From assembly GCA_049700435.1 (NCBI GenBank), contig JBNAVK010000001.1, positions 1,583-65,582 of the forward strand: DNA of 64,000 nucleotides, given 5' to 3'. Position numbers and translations under genes: made by a program. Source of the DNA: Candidatus Bathyarchaeales archaeon (lineage in GTDB: Archaea; Thermoproteota; Bathyarchaeia; Bathyarchaeales; Bathycorpusculaceae). Under the pieces are notes generated by a model. It did not search any database, was not told the DNA's origin, and saw only the letters and a program-made list of their open reading frames with translations. Positions 55,360 to 63,569 of the stretch are shown piece by piece (the first letter of the stretch is position 1; each line of letters starts with the position of its first letter).

Positions 55360-56187
55360 TTAGTTGGCGGTTTTATGCCTCATTCCGAGAAGGGACTCGA
55401 CAAGGTTTTTTCTAGACCATTCTCCTTCGCTTACTTCTTCCATCTGCAGAACTTTATTTGGCGCATTAGAAAAAATCTTCTCCACTATTTGCTCCGCATT
55501 TAGTCCCTCACGCCAAAATGCTTCAACATTTTCTTTTAACTTTAACATGTTGTTTAAGGTAGTTTTCACATCGCTTTTTTCCCAGACTCCATGACCGCCA
55601 TAAGCCCTTTCAAAGTCTAATTCTACAACTTTCTTAAGTGAGTTTATCACGTCTATGGAGTCTTCTTCTCTCATTATGATTATCGGAGTTGGGTTTGCCA
55701 CTAAGTCGCCGAGGAACAAGTCGCGCCCGATTAAGAAAGAGACATGGTCAAAACTGTGACCCGGAGTTTCAAAAGTCTTAACAGCCAAACCACCAATCTT
55801 CATATTATTTTCAAGCGGGTTAGCCTTGACTGGTTTTTGCTGACCCCAAACAACCTGTCTGTACGCTGGAATTTCTGGAGGATTTGCAAGAATTCCTAGG
55901 GATTTTTTAGGCGCAAACACATCGACATTGAGTTTCTCTTTGAACAGGTAGGCTCCACCGCTGTGATCCTCGTGGTAATGCGTTAGGAGGATGGCGTTGA
56001 CGCTGAACTTCATATCCTCAATGAATTTAGCGGCCTCCTCGGCTGTGTGGGGGCAGCCCGTGTCGATAATGAGTCCCTTGTAGTAGTAGAAGGTTGTCCA
56101 GTATAGGGGTTTTCCATCGTACTCTTTGCCAACATCTACAGCTATGAAATCCCTATCAATTTTTTTCCATTTTAGCATACCGCACAC
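55360..56187 (-). CDS. MBL-fold metallo-hydrolase (glyoxalase II-like)
   Basis: THYHEDHSGG (HxHxDH) and TPGHSFDH motifs. Confidence 0.8.
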   Translation of the reverse strand: MCGMLKWKKIDRDFIAVDVGKEYDGKPLYWTTFYYYKGLIIDTGCPHTAEEAAKFIEDMKFSVNAILLTHYHEDHSGGAYLFKEKLNVDVFAPKKSLGILANPPEIPAYRQVVWGQQKPVKANPLENNMKIGGLAVKTFETPGHSFDHVSFLIGRDLFLGDLVANPTPIIIMREEDSIDVINSLKKVVELDFERAYGGHGVWEKSDVKTTLNNMLKLKENVEAFWREGLNAEQIVEKIFSNAPNKVLQMEEVSEGEWSRKNLVESLLGMRHKTAN

Positions 56188-56350
56188 ACGTAGGCATAAG
56201 ATTTAAGAGAAAATAAAAATTTTTATCCCAAACTCTAGATTAGATGATTTCTCACTACAATTTTGAACCAAAGACAAACCCAATACTGGTAGACCCCCTC
56301 TAGACTTTTCCACTTCTATATGGATTGAATTTTGATTTAGAATGGAGCTT

Positions 56351-56743
56351 TTAGCTGTATTCTCTGAATGTGTAACCACATTTTGTACAGCGTAAAAATT
56401 GTGTTGAGGATTCGTCTGCGCCTCTTGTCTGCACTTGCCAAACATAGGCTAGGTTGTTTCCGCATTTGGGGCATTCAACTCTAACAGTTGGCAGTGTCCG
56501 CAGTTTTTGTTCTTCCTTGCCGATAACCGCAACCAGTTTTTGAGGATTGTGCTGTATTACCTTTGCAACCTTTGGCTCAACCTTTCCACCTTTTTCCTGT
56601 TTTTTGTAGCCGCATTTGGGGCATACAAGCATTAGCGCTGCTCCTTTTTGGGTTTTCCCTTTCTTCGGTTCGAGGCGGGAACCGCATTTTGGACAAAATT
56701 CCATGGCTTTGTACTCCGCTACTCGAATGTTTTCCCTTATCAT
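56351..56743 (-). CDS. tfs: Transcription factor S (TFS; RpoM/TFIIS-like cleavage factor)
   Basis: N-terminal Zn ribbon FCPKCGS...CPKCG and C-terminal ribbon CPKCG...QTRGADE...CTKCG with the acidic hairpin retained. The likely start is the ATG at 56704 (MEFCPKCG). Confidence 0.85.
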   Translation of the reverse strand: MIRENIRVAEYKAMEFCPKCGSRLEPKKGKTQKGAALMLVCPKCGYKKQEKGGKVEPKVAKVIQHNPQKLVAVIGKEEQKLRTLPTVRVECPKCGNNLAYVWQVQTRGADESSTQFLRCTKCGYTFREYS

Positions 56744-56784
56744 TGTCCCTTTTAAACCTTTTCTTATTTCAATATTTATTAGGG

Positions 56785-57372
56785 CTAAACTGTGCTAATT
56801 CCAGAGGCAATAAGATGTGCTACACGTAGGGCTTCTGGAATGTTGCTTCGTGTAGAGGTTAATTTTAAAATTTTTTCCGCATCCTCCTTGAGTATTCCCG
56901 AGATTTGAATGTAAACTTTCTCGTTTTTGTTTTTGCATTTTACTTCAAATATTTCCCCAGCGTTTAGTATTGCTTTCCAGCGTTCCTCGCCTTTCGGCAG
57001 ATTCTTCAAAGCCTTGTGAATTTCCTCGAAGTTTGGCTTTTCGCGCGTGACTGCCATAACTGGAAGTCTTGTTTCCGCGTTTAGCCTTTTTATGTCAACA
57101 ACGTTAAAGCCCGCGAAAGTTACGCCGTCAAGCATTATCACCCGCAACTGTTTGTAGTGAGGCGAGTTCTTTATCATTAAAGTTATTTTATCCGTCGCGT
57201 CAAAACCGTCTACTTCAATTTTTGTATGCATCACGCCGTCAAGCCAGTATCCTCCTCGAAAAACAACTCCGACAACTGGCACAAGTTCTTTCGCTCGAGG
57301 AGTAAATATCCCATCGTCAACTCCTAAAACGCGAATTTCAGGCTTAATCACTCGAAGTTTTCGGCAACCCAA
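56785..57372 (-). CDS. DUF99 / UPF0215 family protein
   Basis: IRVLGVDDGIF...VVGVVFRGGYWLDGV...IEVDGFDATD pattern typical of UPF0215. Confidence 0.7.
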   Translation of the reverse strand: MGCRKLRVIKPEIRVLGVDDGIFTPRAKELVPVVGVVFRGGYWLDGVMHTKIEVDGFDATDKITLMIKNSPHYKQLRVIMLDGVTFAGFNVVDIKRLNAETRLPVMAVTREKPNFEEIHKALKNLPKGEERWKAILNAGEIFEVKCKNKNEKVYIQISGILKEDAEKILKLTSTRSNIPEALRVAHLIASGISTV

Positions 57373-57427
57373 AATTATCCCTCAACAACGCTTGTTAAAG
57401 ATATCGTGAGGAAGCGTTATAAGTTTA

Positions 57428-57853
57428 GTGAAAAATGGTTTCCCCTTGGAGATGCTAAGATTGAAAGACTGCGGCGAATTTCCTTTCTTCAAAGCATACA
57501 AAAGCCTAGCAGAAGTTTTGACGGATCACGAACTAGCATCCTTCGGGGACGCGTACGTAAATTTTGTTTACTCCCTAGCACTGTCGAAAAAGAGGGGAAA
57601 ACCATGCGGAATAAAGGTTAAGGGAAGCGTACTTGCACAAGCATTTAGAAAAGCTGGGCTAAGAGAGAACTTAGGATCTAGGATTGACAGCCACGCGTTA
57701 GCCGACGCGGCTGAGGCATTAATAGTTTACGCTTGGCTCCGCAGCTTCATAACCTTAGATGAAACAGTTTTCATCCTAGAAGAGGCTGATGAGCCGCTTG
57801 AGGGCTTTACCCAACTGCTCAAAACTGCAAAAAGTAAAGTTAGGTTTTTTTGA
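57428..57853 (+). CDS. RNase III catalytic-domain-only protein (Mini-III-like)
   Basis: HELASFGDAYVNFVYSLAL matches the RNase III signature, with Ala at -4 as in Mini-III. VKGSVLAQAFRKAGLRENLGSRIDSHALADAAEALIVYAWL matches vs..LA..a..lgL...ilaDa.EAliGa.yl. No dsRBD. GTG start, or ATG at 57452. Confidence 0.6.
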   Translation: MKNGFPLEMLRLKDCGEFPFFKAYKSLAEVLTDHELASFGDAYVNFVYSLALSKKRGKPCGIKVKGSVLAQAFRKAGLRENLGSRIDSHALADAAEALIVYAWLRSFITLDETVFILEEADEPLEGFTQLLKTAKSKVRFF

Positions 57854-58130
57854 GGGCTTTTTCAAATTCCTTTCTGAAATTATCGTTTGTTTTGCGTGCG
57901 TTTTTTAAGGCTCTAAACAGGACCCCCTTGGGCTGTGCACGACCCTTTGTGCGGATGTAGATTATTGGGTTTGATGCTAGGGGATGCGGTATGTCGTATC
58001 CAGCTAAATCTACATCCTCTTCTTCCAACAGCCTCTTTTGTATTAGATTACATAAGCCATGTCCGATTCCTTCAACTTCTATTTTAAGCTCGTTTGAAGT
58101 TTCTTTTAACACCTTAACTTTCATCTGCAA
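57840..58130 (-). CDS. rpoL: DNA-directed RNA polymerase subunit L (Rpo11/Rpb11)
   Basis: KVKVLKETSNELKIEVEG..HGLCNLIQKRLLE...AGYDIPHPL...IYIRT. Confidence 0.85.
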   Translation of the reverse strand: MQMKVKVLKETSNELKIEVEGIGHGLCNLIQKRLLEEEDVDLAGYDIPHPLASNPIIYIRTKGRAQPKGVLFRALKNARKTNDNFRKEFEKALKKT

Positions 58131-58149
58131 ATCTCCTCAGCACACTAAA

Positions 58150-58731
58150 CTATATCACTTCCACTCCATAATCTGATGCTGTTTTGCGCTTTTCAACTTT
58201 TCCGCATCTGGCACATACCATACCCTGCCTTCTCGGCTGAAGCAAATAACCACACTGCGAACAGAAGGCGAAAAGCACTCCCAAATTCTTATCTTTAGTG
58301 GATAAGTGGTAAATCCTGTTTTTTTCGCTGATAACCTTCGCCCTCATTATGTCGCCCGGCTTGCAAACATTGAACATGGACTCTATATACCTCAACTGCA
58401 CATCAGATATATGAAGGACGCCGGAGAAGAAGCCTGAAAGCTGCTTTTTACCTATTTGGAATATCCGCAAACTAGCACTTTCAGGTTGCACATTTGAAAC
58501 TTGCCCGATGACTATGCTTCCAACCTTTGGAGCCTTTGCTCCATAAACCAGCGGATAAACCGAAACACGCTTGTTAAGTAAATCTACTAAGGCGCGGCCG
58601 ATAAACCTAGAATAGATTATTCCGTCTTTTACGTATGTTCCGGCGTTTGGAGTGAACTCTTCAATTACGCCTAGACGTTCGCCTGGAAAAACTAGGTGAC
58701 CACTTCTATGTTCAACGGACCTCGTGCTCAT
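58150..58731 (-). CDS. csl4: Exosome cap subunit Csl4
   Basis: N-terminal VFPGERLGVIEEF, a central S1 domain and a C-terminal Zn ribbon CSQCG...CARCG. Confidence 0.85.
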   Translation of the reverse strand: MSTRSVEHRSGHLVFPGERLGVIEEFTPNAGTYVKDGIIYSRFIGRALVDLLNKRVSVYPLVYGAKAPKVGSIVIGQVSNVQPESASLRIFQIGKKQLSGFFSGVLHISDVQLRYIESMFNVCKPGDIMRAKVISEKNRIYHLSTKDKNLGVLFAFCSQCGYLLQPRRQGMVCARCGKVEKRKTASDYGVEVI

Positions 58732-58859
58732 GTGAACCCCATTTTACCCGCAAACCACACTTTTAGGATGTGTTATTTATGAAAGAGCATGACTTTAGTT
58801 TATGCACTCCTCAATAAACTTTTTGATTGTTAAAAAGGTCTTATAGCCCGCAGGGAACA

Positions 58860-59177
58860 TTAAAACATAAGTTTCAATGCCTCAGCGCCTTTCATTCCCG
58901 CCTTAACTCCGAGAGTTTTCGCTTTTGAAGTAACAGCTTTAACCTCTGCGCCGAGAACGTCTTCAAATGTTTTCACTCCGCTAACCATTGCCGCTGGCGC
59001 ACTGAGTTTTTCAGCAGCTTCCATGTTTAGGAAACCGCACATGACAAACCCTTTGTTGGCGATTATTAGAAGCAGTGGAGGCGAACTCGGAAGTTCAATT
59101 TTTACTCCTAAGCATGGCTTGTCATCAACCTTTATAGGCGATATATTAATCATGGCAGGCACCTTCTTGTGTGACAA
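58860..59177 (-). CDS. DUF1805 (YunC-like) domain protein
   Basis: 105 aa, LLLIIANKGFVMCGFLN...VSGVKTFEDVL...GMKGAEALKLM. Confidence 0.65.
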   Translation of the reverse strand: MSHKKVPAMINISPIKVDDKPCLGVKIELPSSPPLLLIIANKGFVMCGFLNMEAAEKLSAPAAMVSGVKTFEDVLGAEVKAVTSKAKTLGVKAGMKGAEALKLMF

Positions 59178-59222
59178 CTATTTTATCCATCAAGACCAAA
59201 TAAGGATTGTCGATGCAAGGGA

Positions 59223-59843
59223 GTGCTTATGCTAACTAAGCTAAAGCAAAGAGTTCAGTCGATGCTTGCGTCACAGGCGAAGACAGCCCACAACATGGGG
59301 TTAACGCCAAACGCGATAAGCATTTGTGGCGCTATCTTGGCTTTCCTATCAGCAGTGCTGTATGGATATGCGCTTCTTTTGCCAGCAATTCTGCTGCTTC
59401 TTTTTTCTGGGTACTGCGACGTGCTGGATGGAACCTTAGCCAGACTTTACAAACAAGCAACACCGTTTGGTGGTTTTCTAGACTCGTTGCTGGACAGGTA
59501 CGCGGACGCCGCTGTATACGTGGGTATAATCTTAAGCGGGTTATGCAGCATCCCGTCGGGTTTAACAGCCCTAGTAGGCTCTTTACTTGTAAGTTACAGT
59601 CGCGCAAGGGCTGAAGCGGCAAACGTAAAAATGGAATCAGTCGGATTTGCTGAGAGGGCGGAGCGAATAATTATCTTAGCTGTTGCAAGCCTAACGGCGA
59701 TTTTGTGGCAACCAGCCATGGAGATAGGTATTATCGTGCTTGCTGTTCTTACAAACCTAACGGTTCTACAGAGAGCACTACACGTTTATACCAAGCTAGA
59801 AAGAGAGTCTAAACCTAGCCTAGAATCTTCTTCTGACGCGTAG
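59223..59843 (+). CDS. CDP-alcohol phosphatidyltransferase (archaeal polar-lipid head-group synthase)
   Basis: D-G-x2-A-R-x8-G-x3-D-x3-D motif present as DVLDGTLARLYKQATPFGGFLDSLLDRYAD. Multiple TM segments. Confidence 0.85.
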   Translation: MLMLTKLKQRVQSMLASQAKTAHNMGLTPNAISICGAILAFLSAVLYGYALLLPAILLLLFSGYCDVLDGTLARLYKQATPFGGFLDSLLDRYADAAVYVGIILSGLCSIPSGLTALVGSLLVSYSRARAEAANVKMESVGFAERAERIIILAVASLTAILWQPAMEIGIIVLAVLTNLTVLQRALHVYTKLERESKPSLESSSDA

Positions 59844-60110
59844 GCGCCGCTCATCCTTTGCCCTAACTTTTACAATGCCGTAATGCACAGCGCACGAAAC
59901 ACAGTAATACTTCGTGTCCACTGGAGCAGATATAAACGTGCCCTTTTGGCGAAGCTCCTTAGCCAAAGCTGGGTCAACCAGAGAAAATCTTCTAGTAACC
60001 TTTTTGGCTTTGTCCCGCGGCACCAGTTCCCCGCAGTTTGCACACTGAACGAAACCACTTTTTCCTTTACCGCCCTTTGACCTCCCGCGGCTCTTCCTTT
60101 TATATGGCAT
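59820..60110 (-). CDS. rps26e: 30S ribosomal protein S26e
   Basis: MPYKRKSRGRSKGGKGKSGFVQCANCGELVPRDKA...YYCVSCAVH, a canonical eS26 pattern. Confidence 0.9.
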   Translation of the reverse strand: MPYKRKSRGRSKGGKGKSGFVQCANCGELVPRDKAKKVTRRFSLVDPALAKELRQKGTFISAPVDTKYYCVSCAVHYGIVKVRAKDERRLRVRRRF

Positions 60111-60153
60111 AAATATGCACCTTTCTTTTCACCAATATTGCGCATTATCCAAC

Positions 60154-61059
60154 TTATATATCTGTCCTCAATTTTAAAAGCGAAGCAATGTTGGCTTTCG
60201 CGTCAATTCTTGGAATAATCTTTCCTGTGGAAGATGTGAAAAGGGTTGCGACGCCCGGTCCATGGCCTGACGTTACGCAGTTCGTGTGCACAACTATGCC
60301 GACGGAAACTGCACCTTGCTTGTAGATTCTTCCGTAAGAGTTGTCGGCGTCCAAGATTGCCACTAAATCGCCGAGTCTTAAATCGTCAAGCCCATACTGT
60401 CTTCTAGTGTTTTCATCAAAAAGTTGAATGTCATAATCGCCCGAATGAGAAGTGTTTGAGCCTAGTCCAGAACCCATTATGGAGGCGGGGACAACATGAG
60501 TAACTGGAATTTCAAGTTTGTCCTTTTTTGGCTTTGGGTTTACGGCTTCGAGAAAACGTGGATCCATATTCATGACCTTTACTTCTGGAAAATCTAAAAG
60601 CTTCAAGCCAACGCCGAAAGCCTTGACGAGAATTTTGTCGCCAAGCATGAGCTTATCCAAAACATCCTGTTGAAAATCCACCAGAACATGTTCTATTCCG
60701 CCGTGCTTTCCAGTTACAACCCCCTTTGCGCCTTTCGCTTCTCCTGAAACCACCACAGCTTCGTTTCCAACACATGAAAGGACATTCAACGCTGTGTTTG
60801 CACTTTGTCCAAAACGCGGGTCGTTCTCCTTGTTTTCAATGCTTACGCCGGGTTCAACGTGGTCTGCTTCCCATTCGCATGCGGGGTCGCCGACCCTCAC
60901 ATTGTAGGTTATTCCGCCAACTCCGGGCAAAACTATCGGAACGCCTTCTGCTGAAATGCTATATACTCCCCGTCCAAAAATGGGGCTGGCCACTTCGCCA
61001 AAAACTGAGAGCTTCACCAATTTGTCAATATTTGTCTTCAGCATTTGGGTTTCCTCCAC
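60154..61059 (-). CDS. Conserved hypothetical protein (DUF4438-like)
   Basis: 301-aa beta-rich ORF (GVGGITYNVRVGDPA, GKHGGIEHVLVDF). The family name is recalled from memory and not verified. Confidence 0.45.
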   Translation of the reverse strand: MEETQMLKTNIDKLVKLSVFGEVASPIFGRGVYSISAEGVPIVLPGVGGITYNVRVGDPACEWEADHVEPGVSIENKENDPRFGQSANTALNVLSCVGNEAVVVSGEAKGAKGVVTGKHGGIEHVLVDFQQDVLDKLMLGDKILVKAFGVGLKLLDFPEVKVMNMDPRFLEAVNPKPKKDKLEIPVTHVVPASIMGSGLGSNTSHSGDYDIQLFDENTRRQYGLDDLRLGDLVAILDADNSYGRIYKQGAVSVGIVVHTNCVTSGHGPGVATLFTSSTGKIIPRIDAKANIASLLKLRTDI

Positions 61060-61213
61060 GTTAAAACTACATGCATTAGCTATTACATGCTAATAAACTC
61101 TCCCAAAAGATTCTTGTAGCGTCACGGAACATAACAAGTTTTAAATGTGAGCTTTTTATTTTGAGTTGAATGAGCATCGTCTCGATGAAAAACGCGGGTT
61201 TAAGGGCTGAACA

Positions 61214-61798
61214 ATGTCAGAGATCGGGTTAAGGTCAAGGATGCTAGTTAAGGACGTGATGAGCAGCCCAGTTGTAACTATAGAGGAGAGCGCGCCAGTA
61301 AACGAAGTGGCGGAGCTCATGGATAAACAAGGCTTAGGATGCATAATAGTTACAAACAAAGAAGGGAAACCCATCGGGATAATCACAGAGAGAGACCTCG
61401 TCGTAAGAGTTTTGGCGAAGAACGCAACGCCAAGCTCCATCAAAGCCGGCGAAGTTATGACTTCGCCCCTAATCACAATAGAACCAGACGAAACAATTCA
61501 TGAAGCAGCGAGGAGAATGAGCAGACTAAACATTAGAAGGTTAGGCGTTGTTTACAAGGGGCAACTTGTTGGCTTGCTCTCAAGCAAAGACATTTTAGCC
61601 GTCGTTCCAGAACTCATTGAAACCATTCAAGAACGCGCGCTTATAGAGGGAGAAAATAGAGCACAAGAGGCGCCGGAGGAAACATCGTCTCTTGCAGGGT
61701 ATTGCGACCGCTGTGGAGGATGGTCTGACAACCTCAACGAGGTTGATGGAGAATTCCTATGTGAAGACTGCAAGGCTGAGTTAGAGGAAGAGGAATAG
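61214..61798 (+). CDS. CBS-pair protein with C-terminal zinc ribbon
   Basis: Two CBS motifs (VKDVMSSPVVTI..., GIITERDLV; AGEVMTSPLITI..., GLLSSKDIL), then CDRCGG...CEDC. Confidence 0.85.
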   Translation: MSEIGLRSRMLVKDVMSSPVVTIEESAPVNEVAELMDKQGLGCIIVTNKEGKPIGIITERDLVVRVLAKNATPSSIKAGEVMTSPLITIEPDETIHEAARRMSRLNIRRLGVVYKGQLVGLLSSKDILAVVPELIETIQERALIEGENRAQEAPEETSSLAGYCDRCGGWSDNLNEVDGEFLCEDCKAELEEEE

Positions 61799-61808
61799 AG
61801 GCGGTTTT

Positions 61809-62594
61809 TTGCGTGTTAAAGAAATTATGGATGAGAAACACCCATCTATTTATGATTATGAGCTTGCAACCAAAGCCCGCGCGGTAATACGAGATTTTTC
61901 TTTAAGAATCCTTCCAGTTGTGGATGACGATAGAAAATTGTTGGGCGTGGTTTCTCGTGGAACTGTAATGGTTATTTCGTCCTCTGTTTCGCCCATAAAA
62001 GTTAAGGGTATAATGCTGAACCCAAAGTTTGTCGCTTCAAGCGACGAAGATGCCGCTTTAGCGGTTAAATCAATGATACGCTTAGACGAGTGGCAAGTTC
62101 CAGTTGTAAACTCGGCTCAAGCAAAAGTTTACGCTGGAGTTTTGGGGCTTGAAAACTTTATCGACGCCGTAATTAGGACAAGTCCAGAAAAGCTTGCCAA
62201 AGAAGTTGCAGATATAATGTCTAAAGATGTAGTAACGTGTTCTCCAGAAGACGAAATTGATAACATTTGGCGTCTGATGCAAACTAAATCTTTAGCTGGG
62301 CTGCCCGTGGTGAAAAAGAATAAACTTGTTGGCATAGTCACACAGAAAGACCTCCTTGATAAGGGAGCTTTACTGCCAACATTTGAGTCGGCAAAGGGAC
62401 GTTTTAGGGCAGCTTCGCAAATCTCTTCAGTGATGAAAACCCAAGTTATAGCAGTAAAACCAAAGATAAAGGCGATTAGAGTCGCTAAAATCATGGTTTC
62501 GAAAAACATTGGAAGAGTTCCAGTGGTAGATGAAGATGGCAATTTAATTGGCATAGTTGACCGTGAGGATATTGTTAGGCTTGTTGTCAAATAG
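61809..62594 (+). CDS. Four-CBS-domain protein
   Basis: Four repeats of the hhxhMxxxhhxh...GhhoxxDh pattern. TTG start, or ATG at 61827. Confidence 0.85.
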   Translation: MRVKEIMDEKHPSIYDYELATKARAVIRDFSLRILPVVDDDRKLLGVVSRGTVMVISSSVSPIKVKGIMLNPKFVASSDEDAALAVKSMIRLDEWQVPVVNSAQAKVYAGVLGLENFIDAVIRTSPEKLAKEVADIMSKDVVTCSPEDEIDNIWRLMQTKSLAGLPVVKKNKLVGIVTQKDLLDKGALLPTFESAKGRFRAASQISSVMKTQVIAVKPKIKAIRVAKIMVSKNIGRVPVVDEDGNLIGIVDREDIVRLVVK

Positions 62595-62596
62595 GA

Positions 62597-63514
62597 GTGG
62601 AGCAATTGAGTAAAGAAACGTTCAGAAGGTATTTGAAGGATAAAGGAGCGCAGCATTTAAGAACTCAGCCTCCGAGAAAACGCGAAAGCGAAATCCTTCA
62701 AGTTGCCAAAAGCCCAGTTGTAACAATAGCATCCACAACCCCAGTCTATGATTCAATCCAGATAATGACAAAAGAAGGGTTCCGCCGAATACCAATAGCT
62801 AATCCTGGAACCAAAGCGTTAGAGGGGATAGTGACAGCCACCGACATTGTTGATTATCTTGGCGGTGGAAAGAAGTTTGAACTTGTCCAGCAAAAGTTCG
62901 GCGGAAACTTTTTCAAGGCAATAAATGAGCCTATAAGGCTGGTAATGACGAAGAATGTTGTCTTTGTTAAGGCGAATGCCAAAATGAGCGATGCAATCAA
63001 GCTTATGAAGGAAAAGAATCTCGGTGGCTTGCCGATAGTTGATGAAGAAAATAGGGTGAAAGCGATAATTACGGAAAGAGACGTTGCAGGCTTGTTCTCT
63101 GACAGGATAAGCGGGGTAAAAGTCTCTGAAATAATGTCGGAGAAGGTTGTTACAGCCCTGCCCAAAACCACAATCTTTGAAGCTGAAAAAACAATGGTCA
63201 CGCAGGGATTCAGAAGACTGCCGATAATCGCCGACGGCAAAGTCGCTGGCATAATCACAACCATGGATGTCATACGCTTTTTCGGCTCAGGAAAAGTCTT
63301 TGAATATTTAAGGTCTGGAACAATAATGCAAGTTTTGAACACGCCCGCTGTTGAAGTGGCAACAAAGGAAGTTTCAACAATCGAACCAAACGCGGATGTT
63401 GGTCAAGCAGCAAAAATTATGCGGGACAAAAACATTGGAGCATTGCCAGTTGTGGAGAATGATAGGCTTGTCGGCATACTAACAGAAAGAGACTTCTTCA
63501 AAATAATAGAATAG
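62597..63514 (+). CDS. Four-CBS-domain protein
   Basis: Four CBS repeats (GIVTATDIV, AIITERDVA, GIITTMDVI, GILTERDFF). Confidence 0.85.
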   Translation: MEQLSKETFRRYLKDKGAQHLRTQPPRKRESEILQVAKSPVVTIASTTPVYDSIQIMTKEGFRRIPIANPGTKALEGIVTATDIVDYLGGGKKFELVQQKFGGNFFKAINEPIRLVMTKNVVFVKANAKMSDAIKLMKEKNLGGLPIVDEENRVKAIITERDVAGLFSDRISGVKVSEIMSEKVVTALPKTTIFEAEKTMVTQGFRRLPIIADGKVAGIITTMDVIRFFGSGKVFEYLRSGTIMQVLNTPAVEVATKEVSTIEPNADVGQAAKIMRDKNIGALPVVENDRLVGILTERDFFKIIE

Positions 63515-63569
63515 GTTTTTAACATAACCTCCAATTTACAATTATCTAAGCGGATAGAGAGCGGCAAAC

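Noticed and set aside
56188-56350. Possible sRNA in the 163-nt spacer (AGATGATTT resembles a C box)
   Set aside because: The heptamer is imperfect, no D box (CTGA) follows, and there are no pairing termini.
59870-60145. 91-aa alternative-frame ORF overlapping rps26e
   Set aside because: The 59820-60110 frame translates to a textbook eS26, and the other frame has no similarity pattern.
61068-61094. Direct repeat TACATGC (x2) and a 6-bp inverted repeat ATTAGC/GCTAAT in the DUF4438-like/CBS divergent spacer, considered as an operator
   Set aside because: The repeats are too short to distinguish from chance in an AT-rich spacer without comparative data.
62129-62656. 175-aa minus-strand ORF
   Set aside because: It is a shadow ORF antisense to two CBS-domain genes with clear repeats.
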